Assembly: GCA_012964665.1 (NCBI GenBank)
Contig: DTTO01000060.1
Location: 4,522-68,521 of the forward strand
DNA: 64,000 nt
Direction of reading: 5' to 3'
DNA from: Fidelibacterota bacterium
GTDB lineage: Bacteria; Fidelibacterota; Marinisomatia; Marinisomatales; TCS55
Positions 18,058-26,584 of the stretch are shown one piece after another. Numbering within the stretch: the stretch's first letter is position 1; each line of letters opens with the position of its first letter. The notes below the pieces were generated by a model. The model had not been told where the DNA came from. It saw only the letters and a list, made by a program, of their open reading frames with translations, and did no database searches. The translations under genes were made by a program, and so were the position numbers.

Positions 18058-18918
18058 ATGAAACGGGCCAGGTTTATTTGGCTTTTAATTATACCCTTAA
18101 CTTTAGCAACGTTTGTTAGAGCTTGGGGCCTCGATGGTCATCGTCGGCTCAATTATATTGCTTCGCGTCAACTAAATGGTCAATTCGGCCGTTTTTTGAA
18201 ACAAAACTCAGAAGCATTGAAATGGTATGCTACAGCACCAGATTATAACAAAGCAGTGGACCCAAACGAGTTGCATCGGCATTTCATCGATGCAGATTAT
18301 TATGACCAATTTCCTTTTGAAAATATTCCGTTGGATTACGAAAAACTTGTAACCAAGTATGGCGAAAATAATTTAGCTCAATGGGGTATTGCACCTTGGG
18401 CCATCGATGCCACTTGTGATAGAATCATAGCCCTATTTGAAGATGAACGTTTTGAAGAGGCAGTTTATTACTTGGGTGTATTGGGCCACTATATTGCAGA
18501 TCTCCATATGCCATTGCATACTGTTAAAAATTATAATGGGCAATTCAGTGGAAATGACGGCATCCATTTCCGCTGGGAAGCGCGCTTAGTAGATGATTAT
18601 GTCCGGCACATTAAACCGATTGGAAAAGTTGAGCCAGTGGTAGACCCTGTTTCTTTTGCGATGGATATCGTTCGGGAATCATTTCAATTTCATAAAATGC
18701 TATTGACAGCTGACACCAAAGCGCGAAAAATATTGTCTGATGAACAAGCCAAAGCGCTTGATACTTATAGGATCCTTTCATTTGAAAAGCCGTATCTAGA
18801 TATTCTTTATAATGAGACCGAGCCAATTCTTAAAGAACGGTTGGGACGCGCAGTTTTCAGAATAACCTCTATTTGGCAATATTGCTGGGAGCAAGCAGGG
18901 AGACCAAAACTGCCATGA
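18058..18918 (+). CDS. S1/P1 nuclease / zinc-dependent phospholipase C fold protein
   Basis: Signal peptide, then WGLDGHRRLNYIA, HFID and LGHYIADLHMPLH metal-ligand motifs. Confidence 0.6.
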   Translation: MKRARFIWLLIIPLTLATFVRAWGLDGHRRLNYIASRQLNGQFGRFLKQNSEALKWYATAPDYNKAVDPNELHRHFIDADYYDQFPFENIPLDYEKLVTKYGENNLAQWGIAPWAIDATCDRIIALFEDERFEEAVYYLGVLGHYIADLHMPLHTVKNYNGQFSGNDGIHFRWEARLVDDYVRHIKPIGKVEPVVDPVSFAMDIVRESFQFHKMLLTADTKARKILSDEQAKALDTYRILSFEKPYLDILYNETEPILKERLGRAVFRITSIWQYCWEQAGRPKLP

Positions 18919-20126
18919 GTCAATCCCGAAACGTTCTTTCTGTTTCTGAAATCACGGCACAAATTAAATGGCAGATTGAGTCTCAATTTTCGAGTATATG
19001 GATCCAGGGTGAAATATCTAATTTTAAACACCATTCTTCCGGGCATATGTATTTCACTGTAAAGGATGATTCTGCCGAATTACGCTGTGTTATGTTTCGC
19101 GGGTACAACCAAATGATCCATTTCAAACCGGAAAATGGAATGGAAGTTTTAATGCACGGAAAGATTACAGTCTACGAACCTAGAGGTCAATACCAGCTAA
19201 TGGTACAAAACATGGAGCCTGCGGGGATTGGCACCCTTTATCTAGCCTTCGAAGCACTCAAAAAACAATTGGCAGTTGAAGGTTTATTTGATGAATCATT
19301 AAAGAAAATTTTACCATCTTATCCAAAAAGGATCGGCATTGTGACTTCCCGCACTGGTGCAGCTTTGCATGACATGCTCAATGTTTTTAATCGGCGGGCG
19401 CCTTATGTGGAAATCATATTATATCCTTCATTGGTTCAGGGAGATAATGCCGCTGCTGATTTGATCAGGGGCATCCAGGAATTGGAATCTCGGAAAGACG
19501 TTGATGTTATTATCATAGGCCGAGGTGGAGGGACGTTGGAAGATTTATGGCCGTTCAATGAGGAAGCACTGGCTCGTGCTATTGCAGCTTGTAAAACTCC
19601 TTTGATTTCAGCAGTTGGGCATGAAACAGATTTAACAATCAGTGATATGGTAGCAGACCTTCGCGCACCCACACCTACAGCGGCAGCAGAACTGGCGACA
19701 CCTAGCGTAGATGAGCTTAAGATGGGTTTATCCCAATGGATAGGGAAATTATCTATGACACTGCAGCACCAATTAGACCGTTTTTGGCAACAATTCGATC
19801 ATCTCTCTGAAAGGCATGCATTCCAACAGCCCCAAGTCATTATTGATTTACAGCGGAAAAAGTTAAAAATCCTGGTGCATCAAATGGATCTTTGCATGGA
19901 TCATCACTTTTCCGTTACGAAAGCAAAATTGAAAGGATTTGAAAAGGAATTATCCGTATTAAATCCATCAGACGTTCTCAATCGTGGATATAGTATCGCT
20001 TTCAAGAGGGATGGCTCTATCATACGCCAGGCCGATGCTCTGGACATAGGTGACAGGTTTGTATTAAAGACCGGGGACGGTTCTTTAGAAGCAGAAAAAA
20101 AGAAATCCCTTACAGGTGAAAATTGA
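18915..20126 (+). CDS. xseA: exodeoxyribonuclease VII large subunit
   Basis: OB-fold N-terminus SVSEITAQIK...WIQGEISNFKHHSSGHMYFTVKD. GRGGGTLEDLW motif. ATG at 18915 overlaps the upstream stop (ATGA) and is preferred over the 18873 extension. Confidence 0.9.
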   Translation: MSQSRNVLSVSEITAQIKWQIESQFSSIWIQGEISNFKHHSSGHMYFTVKDDSAELRCVMFRGYNQMIHFKPENGMEVLMHGKITVYEPRGQYQLMVQNMEPAGIGTLYLAFEALKKQLAVEGLFDESLKKILPSYPKRIGIVTSRTGAALHDMLNVFNRRAPYVEIILYPSLVQGDNAAADLIRGIQELESRKDVDVIIIGRGGGTLEDLWPFNEEALARAIAACKTPLISAVGHETDLTISDMVADLRAPTPTAAAELATPSVDELKMGLSQWIGKLSMTLQHQLDRFWQQFDHLSERHAFQQPQVIIDLQRKKLKILVHQMDLCMDHHFSVTKAKLKGFEKELSVLNPSDVLNRGYSIAFKRDGSIIRQADALDIGDRFVLKTGDGSLEAEKKKSLTGEN

Positions 20127-20156
20127 GTAAATTGAAAACGTATGATAAATTGAACT

Positions 20157-20387
20157 ATGGCCAAGCAAAAAACATTTGAATTTGAAATAGCCTTAAAACG
20201 GTTGGAGGAGATTGTCGCGTCTTTGGAAGGAGAAAATGAATCTCTGGAGAACAGCATGAAATTATTTGAAGAAGGTGTAAAGCTCACCGAATCCTTGAGA
20301 AATCATCTAGAGTCGGCGGAACAGCGTATAAAAGTGTTAATGAAAGACACGGAAGGGAATTTAAAAACGGAGGATTTTAAAGACTAA
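20157..20387 (+). CDS. xseB: exodeoxyribonuclease VII small subunit
   Basis: 76-aa helical protein with FEIALKRLEEIVASLE and a position directly after xseA. Confidence 0.88.
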   Translation: MAKQKTFEFEIALKRLEEIVASLEGENESLENSMKLFEEGVKLTESLRNHLESAEQRIKVLMKDTEGNLKTEDFKD

Positions 20388-21289
20388 TGTCTACCCAGAT
20401 AAAAAAGCCAAAATCATTAGGTATCTGGGGCAATACGGATAAACCGCGATTCTGGGAGTTACTTGCACCGATAATGGATTGGGCACTGGATAAAAAGCTA
20501 ACAACATTCATTACTACACGAATTCATGGCAAACTACCAAAAAATTTTAATTATGACTATCATGTCATTAAATCAGCGGATGATTTTTATAAGACTGATT
20601 TTTTACTGACTTTGGGAGGAGATGGAACTATACTGTCAGTGACCCGTGCTGTGGGACACCGCAAAACGCCCATTCTTGGTGTACATCTGGGTGAATTGGG
20701 TTTTTTGGCTGAAGTAACCGTAGATGATATGTTCAATCGTTTAGATATGGTTACGGCGGGAAATTATTCTCTGCATAAACGAATGATTTTGAAAGGTGAG
20801 ATCATTAATGGTAATGGTCCACAGATATTTTATGCTTTGAATGATTTTGTTATTGACCGAGGTAAATCTCATCGGATTATCACTATGCGACTTTCAGCCA
20901 ATGATCACTATGTTGCAGATTATAAAGCTGATGGTTTAATTATCGCTACACCTACCGGTTCTACAGCATATTCATTATCAGCTGGCGGTCCCATTATGAT
21001 ACCACAAATGAATGCCATGGTGGTATCTCCTGTTAGTCCGCACACACTCTCATTGAGACCAATTGTATTTCCCTCTGACCAAACTTTAGAAATTAAATTT
21101 CTGGATGATGCCACAGATGAAATCGCCTTTGCGGTGGATGGACAGGTCAACGAATACTTAAATCCAAAATCAAAAATATTTATTCAAAAGGCCCCTTTTG
21201 AAATTTGTATGATTACATTTAAAGATTCCAATTACTTCCAGACCCTAAGTCAAAAAATGGGTTGGGGGAACAGAGGAGGAGGAAATTAA
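20387..21289 (+). CDS. nadK: NAD kinase
   Basis: LGGDGTILS motif and TPTGSTAYSLSAGGPI motif. TAATG overlap with xseB. Confidence 0.9.
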   Translation: MSTQIKKPKSLGIWGNTDKPRFWELLAPIMDWALDKKLTTFITTRIHGKLPKNFNYDYHVIKSADDFYKTDFLLTLGGDGTILSVTRAVGHRKTPILGVHLGELGFLAEVTVDDMFNRLDMVTAGNYSLHKRMILKGEIINGNGPQIFYALNDFVIDRGKSHRIITMRLSANDHYVADYKADGLIIATPTGSTAYSLSAGGPIMIPQMNAMVVSPVSPHTLSLRPIVFPSDQTLEIKFLDDATDEIAFAVDGQVNEYLNPKSKIFIQKAPFEICMITFKDSNYFQTLSQKMGWGNRGGGN

Positions 21290-21446
21290 AAAGTATACTC
21301 ACTATTAGAGTTTATTCTTTAATACATTTTCACATTTCTTCAAAAATAGCCGAAGAATAATTGCTTTCCGGTGAAAATGGCACCTGATTGAGCGGGGAAT
21401 TAATGTTGCAATCGAAGCATTAAATAAAGACGTCTACTACAATTTT

Positions 21447-21517
21447 AGACTAATTGATGAACGGGATTCAAATAGAATTTATTTGTTGAATCAATTAGTC
21501 TGTTTTCCGTCGGAAAA
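21447..21517. repeat. inverted repeats in the nadK-nuoA intergenic region: 12-bp perfect arms AGACTAATTGAT/ATCAATTAGTCT, followed by palindrome TTTTCCG-T-CGGAAAA
   Basis: Read directly. Arms lie at 21447-21458 and 21490-21501, extendable by 3 bp across a small internal loop. The second palindrome is at 21503-21517. Function is unknown: a terminator of the upstream operon or a protein-binding site. Confidence 0.5.
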
Positions 21518-21543
21518 ATAGGATAAAATTGGTGAAGTTTACC

Positions 21544-21575
21544 TTGACCAATCTTCGTAGAGTATTCTATATTTG
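21544..21575 (+). promoter_or_regulatory. candidate promoter of complex I operon 1
   Basis: TTGACC (21544-21549), an 18-nt spacer, then TATATT (21568-21573). The same site reads TATATTTG, matching the TAnnTTTG -7 element of Bacteroidota-type promoters. It lies about 30 nt upstream of the ATG at 21603. Confidence 0.4.
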
Positions 21576-21602
21576 TCGTCTTCAAAAGAGCTTATAAAAT
21601 CA

Positions 21603-22034
21603 ATGTATCGCGACTTCGGAACCATATTTATTTTTATCTTAATGGGTATTGTGCTAGTCTACGTACCTTTGCTTATTCAGAAATTGGTTGCACCCAGCAA
21701 CCCTAATCCTGATAAACTGGCAACATATGAATGCGGAGAAGAGTCAGAGGGGTCTGCCTGGGTTCAGTTCAATATTCGTTTTTATGTAATTGCACTCATA
21801 TTTCTCATATTCGAGGTGGAAGTCGTTTTCCTTTTCCCTTGGTCCGTTGTTTTTACCGAACTGGGTATGCTCGCCTTCGTAGAAATGGGCATTTTTCTTT
21901 TCATCCTGATCATTGGTCTAGCTTACGTATGGAAAAAGGGAGATCTGGATTGGGTAAAATACAATGTAAAGTATGGCCGCGGGCGTTATGCCAAATTGGT
22001 CACTAAAGAAACTCAAACAGTAAAGGAAATTTAA
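21603..22034 (+). CDS. nuoA: NADH-quinone oxidoreductase subunit A (operon 1)
   Basis: Three TM helices and ECGE...F.IRFY..A..F..F(E/D)VE motif. ATG at 21603 is preferred because the TTG at 21573 sits inside the predicted -10 element. Confidence 0.85.
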   Translation: MYRDFGTIFIFILMGIVLVYVPLLIQKLVAPSNPNPDKLATYECGEESEGSAWVQFNIRFYVIALIFLIFEVEVVFLFPWSVVFTELGMLAFVEMGIFLFILIIGLAYVWKKGDLDWVKYNVKYGRGRYAKLVTKETQTVKEI

Positions 22035-22525
22035 TGGGTGTTTTAGAACATAAATTTCAAGATAATGTTGTTGTTGCATCTATGGATAAGTTGATCGGCT
22101 GGGCGCGGTCCACATCACCTTGGTTTTTTCAATTCGGTTTAGCTTGTTGCGCTATTGAAATGATGGCCACGGCTGCCAGCCGTCATGACTTAATGCGGAT
22201 TGGAATGATTCCCCGGTCATCTCCTCGCCAGGCAGATGTCATGATTGTGGCGGGTACAGTCACAATGAAAATGGGACTGTGCGTGAAAAAATTATATGAA
22301 CAAATGGCGGATCCCAAGTATGTTGTATCCATGGGTAGTTGTGCTACCAGCGGCGGGCCCTACTGGCAGCATGGATACCATGTATTGAAAGGTGTTGATA
22401 TCGTGGTACCTGTGGATGTCTATGTTCCAGGCTGTCCGCCACGACCTGAAGCATTGATTGAAGGGTTGCTTAAACTGCAAGAAAAGATACAGGCTGAACG
22501 TCCGTTGACACGGAAGTCTGTATGA
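22034..22525 (+). CDS. nuoB: NADH-quinone oxidoreductase subunit B (operon 1)
   Basis: N2-cluster cysteines in [15 protein letters not shown] and VPGCPPRPE. Confidence 0.93.
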   Translation: MGVLEHKFQDNVVVASMDKLIGWARSTSPWFFQFGLACCAIEMMATAASRHDLMRIGMIPRSSPRQADVMIVAGTVTMKMGLCVKKLYEQMADPKYVVSMGSCATSGGPYWQHGYHVLKGVDIVVPVDVYVPGCPPRPEALIEGLLKLQEKIQAERPLTRKSV

Positions 22526-23019
22526 CCTCGAAAGAGATAAAGAAAACCCTAGATCGCCAATTCCCCGGTTCCGTCATTGAGAATGTAGATTTTGCAGAAA
22601 GACAAGTGGAATTAAAACCGGATCAGTGGTTAGAGATTGCCACCTTTTTAAAAAACGACCCCGGCCTCAGTTTTGATCAACTGGAATGTGTAACCGGGAT
22701 CGATACAGGCGAAGATGGTCCTTTACAATCCCGTTATAACCTTCATTCCATGGAACATCGCCATAAAATTGAAGTGGTGATTAGTTTAGATCGCAGTAAT
22801 CCAAAGGTTGCTTCCATCGAACAGGTTTGGCGAGTCGGTGACTGGTTTGAACGGGAAACCTATGATATGTTTGGTATTATTTATGAAGGCCATCGGGATT
22901 TAAGAAGAATTTTGTGCCCAGAAGACTGGGAAGGATGGCCTCTAAGAAAAGATTACGAAACCCAGGAAACCTATCATGGTATAGTTGTGTCTAAGATAAA
23001 GGAAGAAGAATGGGAGTAG
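22522..23019 (+). CDS. nuoC: NADH-quinone oxidoreductase subunit C (operon 1)
   Basis: 30-kDa subunit motif [17 protein letters not shown]. Confidence 0.9.
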   Translation: MTSKEIKKTLDRQFPGSVIENVDFAERQVELKPDQWLEIATFLKNDPGLSFDQLECVTGIDTGEDGPLQSRYNLHSMEHRHKIEVVISLDRSNPKVASIEQVWRVGDWFERETYDMFGIIYEGHRDLRRILCPEDWEGWPLRKDYETQETYHGIVVSKIKEEEWE

Positions 23020-24128
23020 TTCAGGGCGATCAGATGGTTCTGAATATTGGACCCCAACACCCTAGTACCCATGGTGTACTTCGTCTACAGGTACGGACCG
23101 ATGGTGAGATCGTTTCCGAAATCAAGCCTTACATTGGTTATTTACACCGCTGTTTCGAAAAACATTGTGAAAATGTGACTTACGAACAGGTGATCCCTTT
23201 TACAGATCGCTGTGATTATATCGCCTCCATGAATAACAATTTTGGATATGTAGTGACCATGGAAGAATTGATGGAAATTAAAGTGCCCGAACGGGTGGAA
23301 TATATCCGCGTGATCATGGCAGAACTAAATCGGATTGCAAGCCACCTTTTGGCCCTGGGGACATATGGTCTGGATGTGGGTGCATTTACACCATTTTTAT
23401 ATATGTTTCGTGATCGGGAGCGCATTCTGGATATTTTTGAACTGACCTGTGGGGCAAGATTGCTCTATAACTATATGTGGGTTGGGGGAGTGTCCCATGA
23501 TTTGCCCAAAGATTTTGAACGAATTTGTATTGGCTTTCTGGACTATTTTGAGCCAAAAATAAAGGAATACAATGACCTTCTAACCCATAATAAGATTTTT
23601 CTGGAACGCACAGCAGATGTGGGAGTACTTCCACCGGATGTGGCCATCAGTTTTGGTGTAAGTGGTCCCAATCTCCGTGGTTCCGGTGTGAAATGGGATG
23701 TGCGGAAAGATGAACCTTATTCGATTTATGACCGATTTGAATTTGAAATACCGCTTGGTGAAGGGGAATTTGGTACTGTTGGCGACAGTTTTGATCGGTA
23801 TTGGGTACGCGTGTGTGAAATGAAGGAAAGTATAAAAATCATACGCCAAGCAATTAAAAACCTGCCAGATGGAGATGTATTTCAGACAATTCCGAAAAAG
23901 ATTCGGCCGCCAAAAGGGTCTATTTACCGGCGAACTGAAAGCCCCCGCGGTGATCTGGGTTATTACATCATCAGCGATGGATCGCCAAAACCCTTCAGGG
24001 TAAAAATGCGTTCGCCAGCTTTTACTGCACTCAGTTCATTAAGTGAAATTGCTCAAGGCTGGATGCTTTCTGATGTAATTGCCATTTTGGGGAGCCTTGA
24101 TATTGTTTTGGGAGAGATCGATCGATGA
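23010..24128 (+). CDS. nuoD: NADH-quinone oxidoreductase subunit D (operon 1)
   Basis: NIGPQHPSTHGVLR N-terminus and C-terminal SLDIVLGEIDR. Short form of 372 aa. Confidence 0.93.
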   Translation: MGVVQGDQMVLNIGPQHPSTHGVLRLQVRTDGEIVSEIKPYIGYLHRCFEKHCENVTYEQVIPFTDRCDYIASMNNNFGYVVTMEELMEIKVPERVEYIRVIMAELNRIASHLLALGTYGLDVGAFTPFLYMFRDRERILDIFELTCGARLLYNYMWVGGVSHDLPKDFERICIGFLDYFEPKIKEYNDLLTHNKIFLERTADVGVLPPDVAISFGVSGPNLRGSGVKWDVRKDEPYSIYDRFEFEIPLGEGEFGTVGDSFDRYWVRVCEMKESIKIIRQAIKNLPDGDVFQTIPKKIRPPKGSIYRRTESPRGDLGYYIISDGSPKPFRVKMRSPAFTALSSLSEIAQGWMLSDVIAILGSLDIVLGEIDR

Positions 24129-25201
24129 CAGTTGATGCTCTTATGAATTGGTTTGCCAAACTGGGAGACTTTCCTGAATTAGCTTTTATCCTCGCCGTTC
24201 TAATTTGTGCTGTTCCTGTATTTCTTTTTATTGCTCTCTATGCTCTTGTGGCTATTTATGGAGAATTAAAGATTTCCTCATTTATGCAAGATAAAGTAGG
24301 GCCGATGGGACAGGGCGTCGGTTTGCATGCTGGGAAATGGGGTCTACTGCAGCCCGTTGCTGATGCATTGAAATTAATACTCAAAGAGGATATTATTCCT
24401 ACATCGGCTGATAAAAAACTGTTTATCTTGGCACCGTTTATTGTATTTATCGGTGCTTTTATTGCTTTTGCTGCACTTCCTTTTAATCAAAATCTCATTA
24501 TTGCCGATATGAATATTGGTATATTTTATATTTTGGCAGTTAGCTCCTTGGGTGTGATCGGATTAATTATGGCGGGATGGAGTTCAAATAATAAATGGTC
24601 CCTGTATGGTGCCATGCGTTCTGCAGCTCAAATTGTGAGTTATGAAATCCCCGCAGCTCTTTCAATCATAGCAGTTATCATGCTTACAGGTACGTTGAGT
24701 ATGCAGGGAATTATTCAACACCAGAGTGGGTTTGTATGGGGTATTTTGCCCAATTGGATAATCTTTCAGAACCCTTTTACATTTGTGGCCTTTTTCATCT
24801 TTTTTATTAGTGGCCTGGCCGAATGCAATCGAACACCTTTCGATATTCCAGAGGCTGAATCAGAACTGGTGGCCGGCGCATTTACTGAATATTCAGGCAT
24901 GCGTTACGCTTTTTTCTTTCTGAGTGAATATGCAAATATGTTTATAGTAAGTGGGATAGCCGTAACAGCCTTCCTGGGCGGTTGGCAAAGCCCGATTCCA
25001 GGGATCTTTACTAGTCCTGCTTGGGGGCTTTGGTGGTTTATGAGTAAAGCTATGTTTCTGATTTTTGTGATGATTTGGTTTCGTTGGACTTTCCCACGGT
25101 TACGGGTGGATCAATTGATGAATGTTTGCTGGAAAGGATTTACTCCTATTGCCATGGTGAATATTTTTGGTGTTGGTATTTGGCATCTAATGTTAGGATA
25201 G
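24125..25201 (+). CDS. nuoH: NADH-quinone oxidoreductase subunit H (operon 1)
   Basis: FMQDKVGP and LAECNRTPFDIPEAESELVAG motifs. Polytopic membrane protein. Confidence 0.93.
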   Translation: MTVDALMNWFAKLGDFPELAFILAVLICAVPVFLFIALYALVAIYGELKISSFMQDKVGPMGQGVGLHAGKWGLLQPVADALKLILKEDIIPTSADKKLFILAPFIVFIGAFIAFAALPFNQNLIIADMNIGIFYILAVSSLGVIGLIMAGWSSNNKWSLYGAMRSAAQIVSYEIPAALSIIAVIMLTGTLSMQGIIQHQSGFVWGILPNWIIFQNPFTFVAFFIFFISGLAECNRTPFDIPEAESELVAGAFTEYSGMRYAFFFLSEYANMFIVSGIAVTAFLGGWQSPIPGIFTSPAWGLWWFMSKAMFLIFVMIWFRWTFPRLRVDQLMNVCWKGFTPIAMVNIFGVGIWHLMLG

Positions 25202-25206
25202 AACGA

Positions 25207-25791
25207 ATGAAAAAATACTTTGCGAATATTTGGGGAACGATTACCACCTTGAAAACTGGAATGGGTATCACCTGGCGTCATATGATTAATATCAAAAAGG
25301 ATAATGTTACGCTTCAATATCCTGAAGAAAGGTGGCCACGTCCCGAACGGGATATTGGTTTCGAGCATGAAGACTACAATGTCATACGTTCGCGGCTCCA
25401 CGTGGATATTGACGATTGTATCGGTTGTTTAAAGTGTGAACGTGCCTGTCCAGTGGATTGTATTAAAATTGATACCATCAAAGCACCAACTCGAGGCGAA
25501 GATATTCCGGATATCGGTCATACGGGCGTTACTGAAAATGGAACTAATAAAGCCTTGGTTGTCAGCCGGTTCACGATTGATATGTCTGAATGCTGTTACT
25601 GTAACCTGTGTGTTTATCCTTGCCCTGAGGAATGTATTTATATGGTGGGTGGTCCCAATAGCCCCAAGCACCCCATTGATTATGAATTTTCTGAATTTAA
25701 CCGCAAAGATCTGATTTATGAATTTTCTAAACCACTGACATCTGAACAAAAAAGTGAATTAATGAATCCAAAACCGGACGCAGAAGCTTAA
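25207..25791 (+). CDS. nuoI: NADH-quinone oxidoreductase subunit I (operon 1)
   Basis: Two 4Fe-4S motifs, CIGCLKCERACP and CCYCNLCVYPCP. They are separated by 46 aa versus 30 aa in the operon 2 paralog. ATG at 25207, 5 nt after the nuoH stop. Confidence 0.9.
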   Translation: MKKYFANIWGTITTLKTGMGITWRHMINIKKDNVTLQYPEERWPRPERDIGFEHEDYNVIRSRLHVDIDDCIGCLKCERACPVDCIKIDTIKAPTRGEDIPDIGHTGVTENGTNKALVVSRFTIDMSECCYCNLCVYPCPEECIYMVGGPNSPKHPIDYEFSEFNRKDLIYEFSKPLTSEQKSELMNPKPDAEA

Positions 25792-26279
25792 TGGCTGATC
25801 TAGTATTTTGGATCGTAGTTGGGGTGACCATTGTTTCGGCGGCAATGGTGGTCCAAAGTAAACAACTTTTGTATTCAGCCATTGCACTTCTTTTCACATT
25901 TGTAGGAGTTACCGGTCTTTATATTTTTCTTTGGGCTGATTTTATTGCTGGTGTTCAAGTTGTTGTTTATGTGGGTGGCATCTTGGTTTTAATCATTTTC
26001 GGGATTATGCTGACAAATAAAATCACTTCCGTTAATATAAGTCATACCTCAGTTCAAAGAGGTATTGGCGCCACAGTTGTTCTCGGGATTCTAGCGGGTA
26101 TAGGCTTCATGATAATTAATACACCATGGTATCAAGTGGCGGCAACTGAGCCGGAACAGACAACTGAAACAATTGGAAGGTTATTAATGATGGATTATTT
26201 ACTTCCATTTGAAGTGGCTTCATTATTGTTGTTGGGAGCATTGATCGGAGCTACAACACTTTCAAGAAAAGAAGACTAA
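25791..26279 (+). CDS. nuoJ: NADH-quinone oxidoreductase subunit J (operon 1)
   Basis: 162-aa 5-TM protein in the J position. VVVYVGGILVLIIF and LLPFEVASLLLL motifs. Confidence 0.85.
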   Translation: MADLVFWIVVGVTIVSAAMVVQSKQLLYSAIALLFTFVGVTGLYIFLWADFIAGVQVVVYVGGILVLIIFGIMLTNKITSVNISHTSVQRGIGATVVLGILAGIGFMIINTPWYQVAATEPEQTTETIGRLLMMDYLLPFEVASLLLLGALIGATTLSRKED

Positions 26280-26584
26280 TGGATAGTTTAACCAATTATT
26301 TATTTGTCAGCGCTTCACTTTTTTGTCTTGGATTGTATGGTGTAATCACTCGTCGCAATGCTGTAGCCGTTCTGATGGGTGTAGAATTGATCTTGAATTC
26401 CGCCAATATCAATTTTGTGGCTTTTGCAAGGTTCAGCGGTATGAATATGGCTGGACATGTGTATGCCTTATTTGTGATTGTATTGGCCGCAGCTGAAGCA
26501 GCGGTTGCATTGGCGATCATTATCAATATTTTTAACAATTTTAAAACCATTAACGTTGATGATGTGAGTCAGTTGAGACAATGA
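26279..26584 (+). CDS. nuoK: NADH-quinone oxidoreductase subunit K (operon 1)
   Basis: 101 aa with 3 TM helices and conserved glutamates in GVELILNSAN and AAAEAAVALAII. Confidence 0.9.
   Translation: MDSLTNYLFVSASLFCLGLYGVITRRNAVAVLMGVELILNSANINFVAFARFSGMNMAGHVYALFVIVLAAAEAAVALAIIINIFNNFKTINVDDVSQLRQ

Noticed and set aside
18873-18914. 14-codon upstream extension of xseA
   Set aside because: It overlaps the preceding gene. The ATG at 18915 forms an ATGA stop/start overlap and yields the usual XseA N-terminus.
21731-22006. Same-strand alternative-frame ORFs inside real genes (21731-22006, 43221-43538, 46463-46810, 44021-44251, 56110-56406 and others)
   Set aside because: They are embedded in conserved membrane-protein genes in another frame. 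Their products are Cys/Arg/Trp-rich translations typical of off-frame reading. There is no independent support.
25075-25206. N-terminal extension of nuoI overlapping 127 nt of nuoH
   Set aside because: The extension has no NuoI-like sequence. The ATG at 25207, 5 nt after the nuoH stop, gives the canonical MKKYF... N-terminus.
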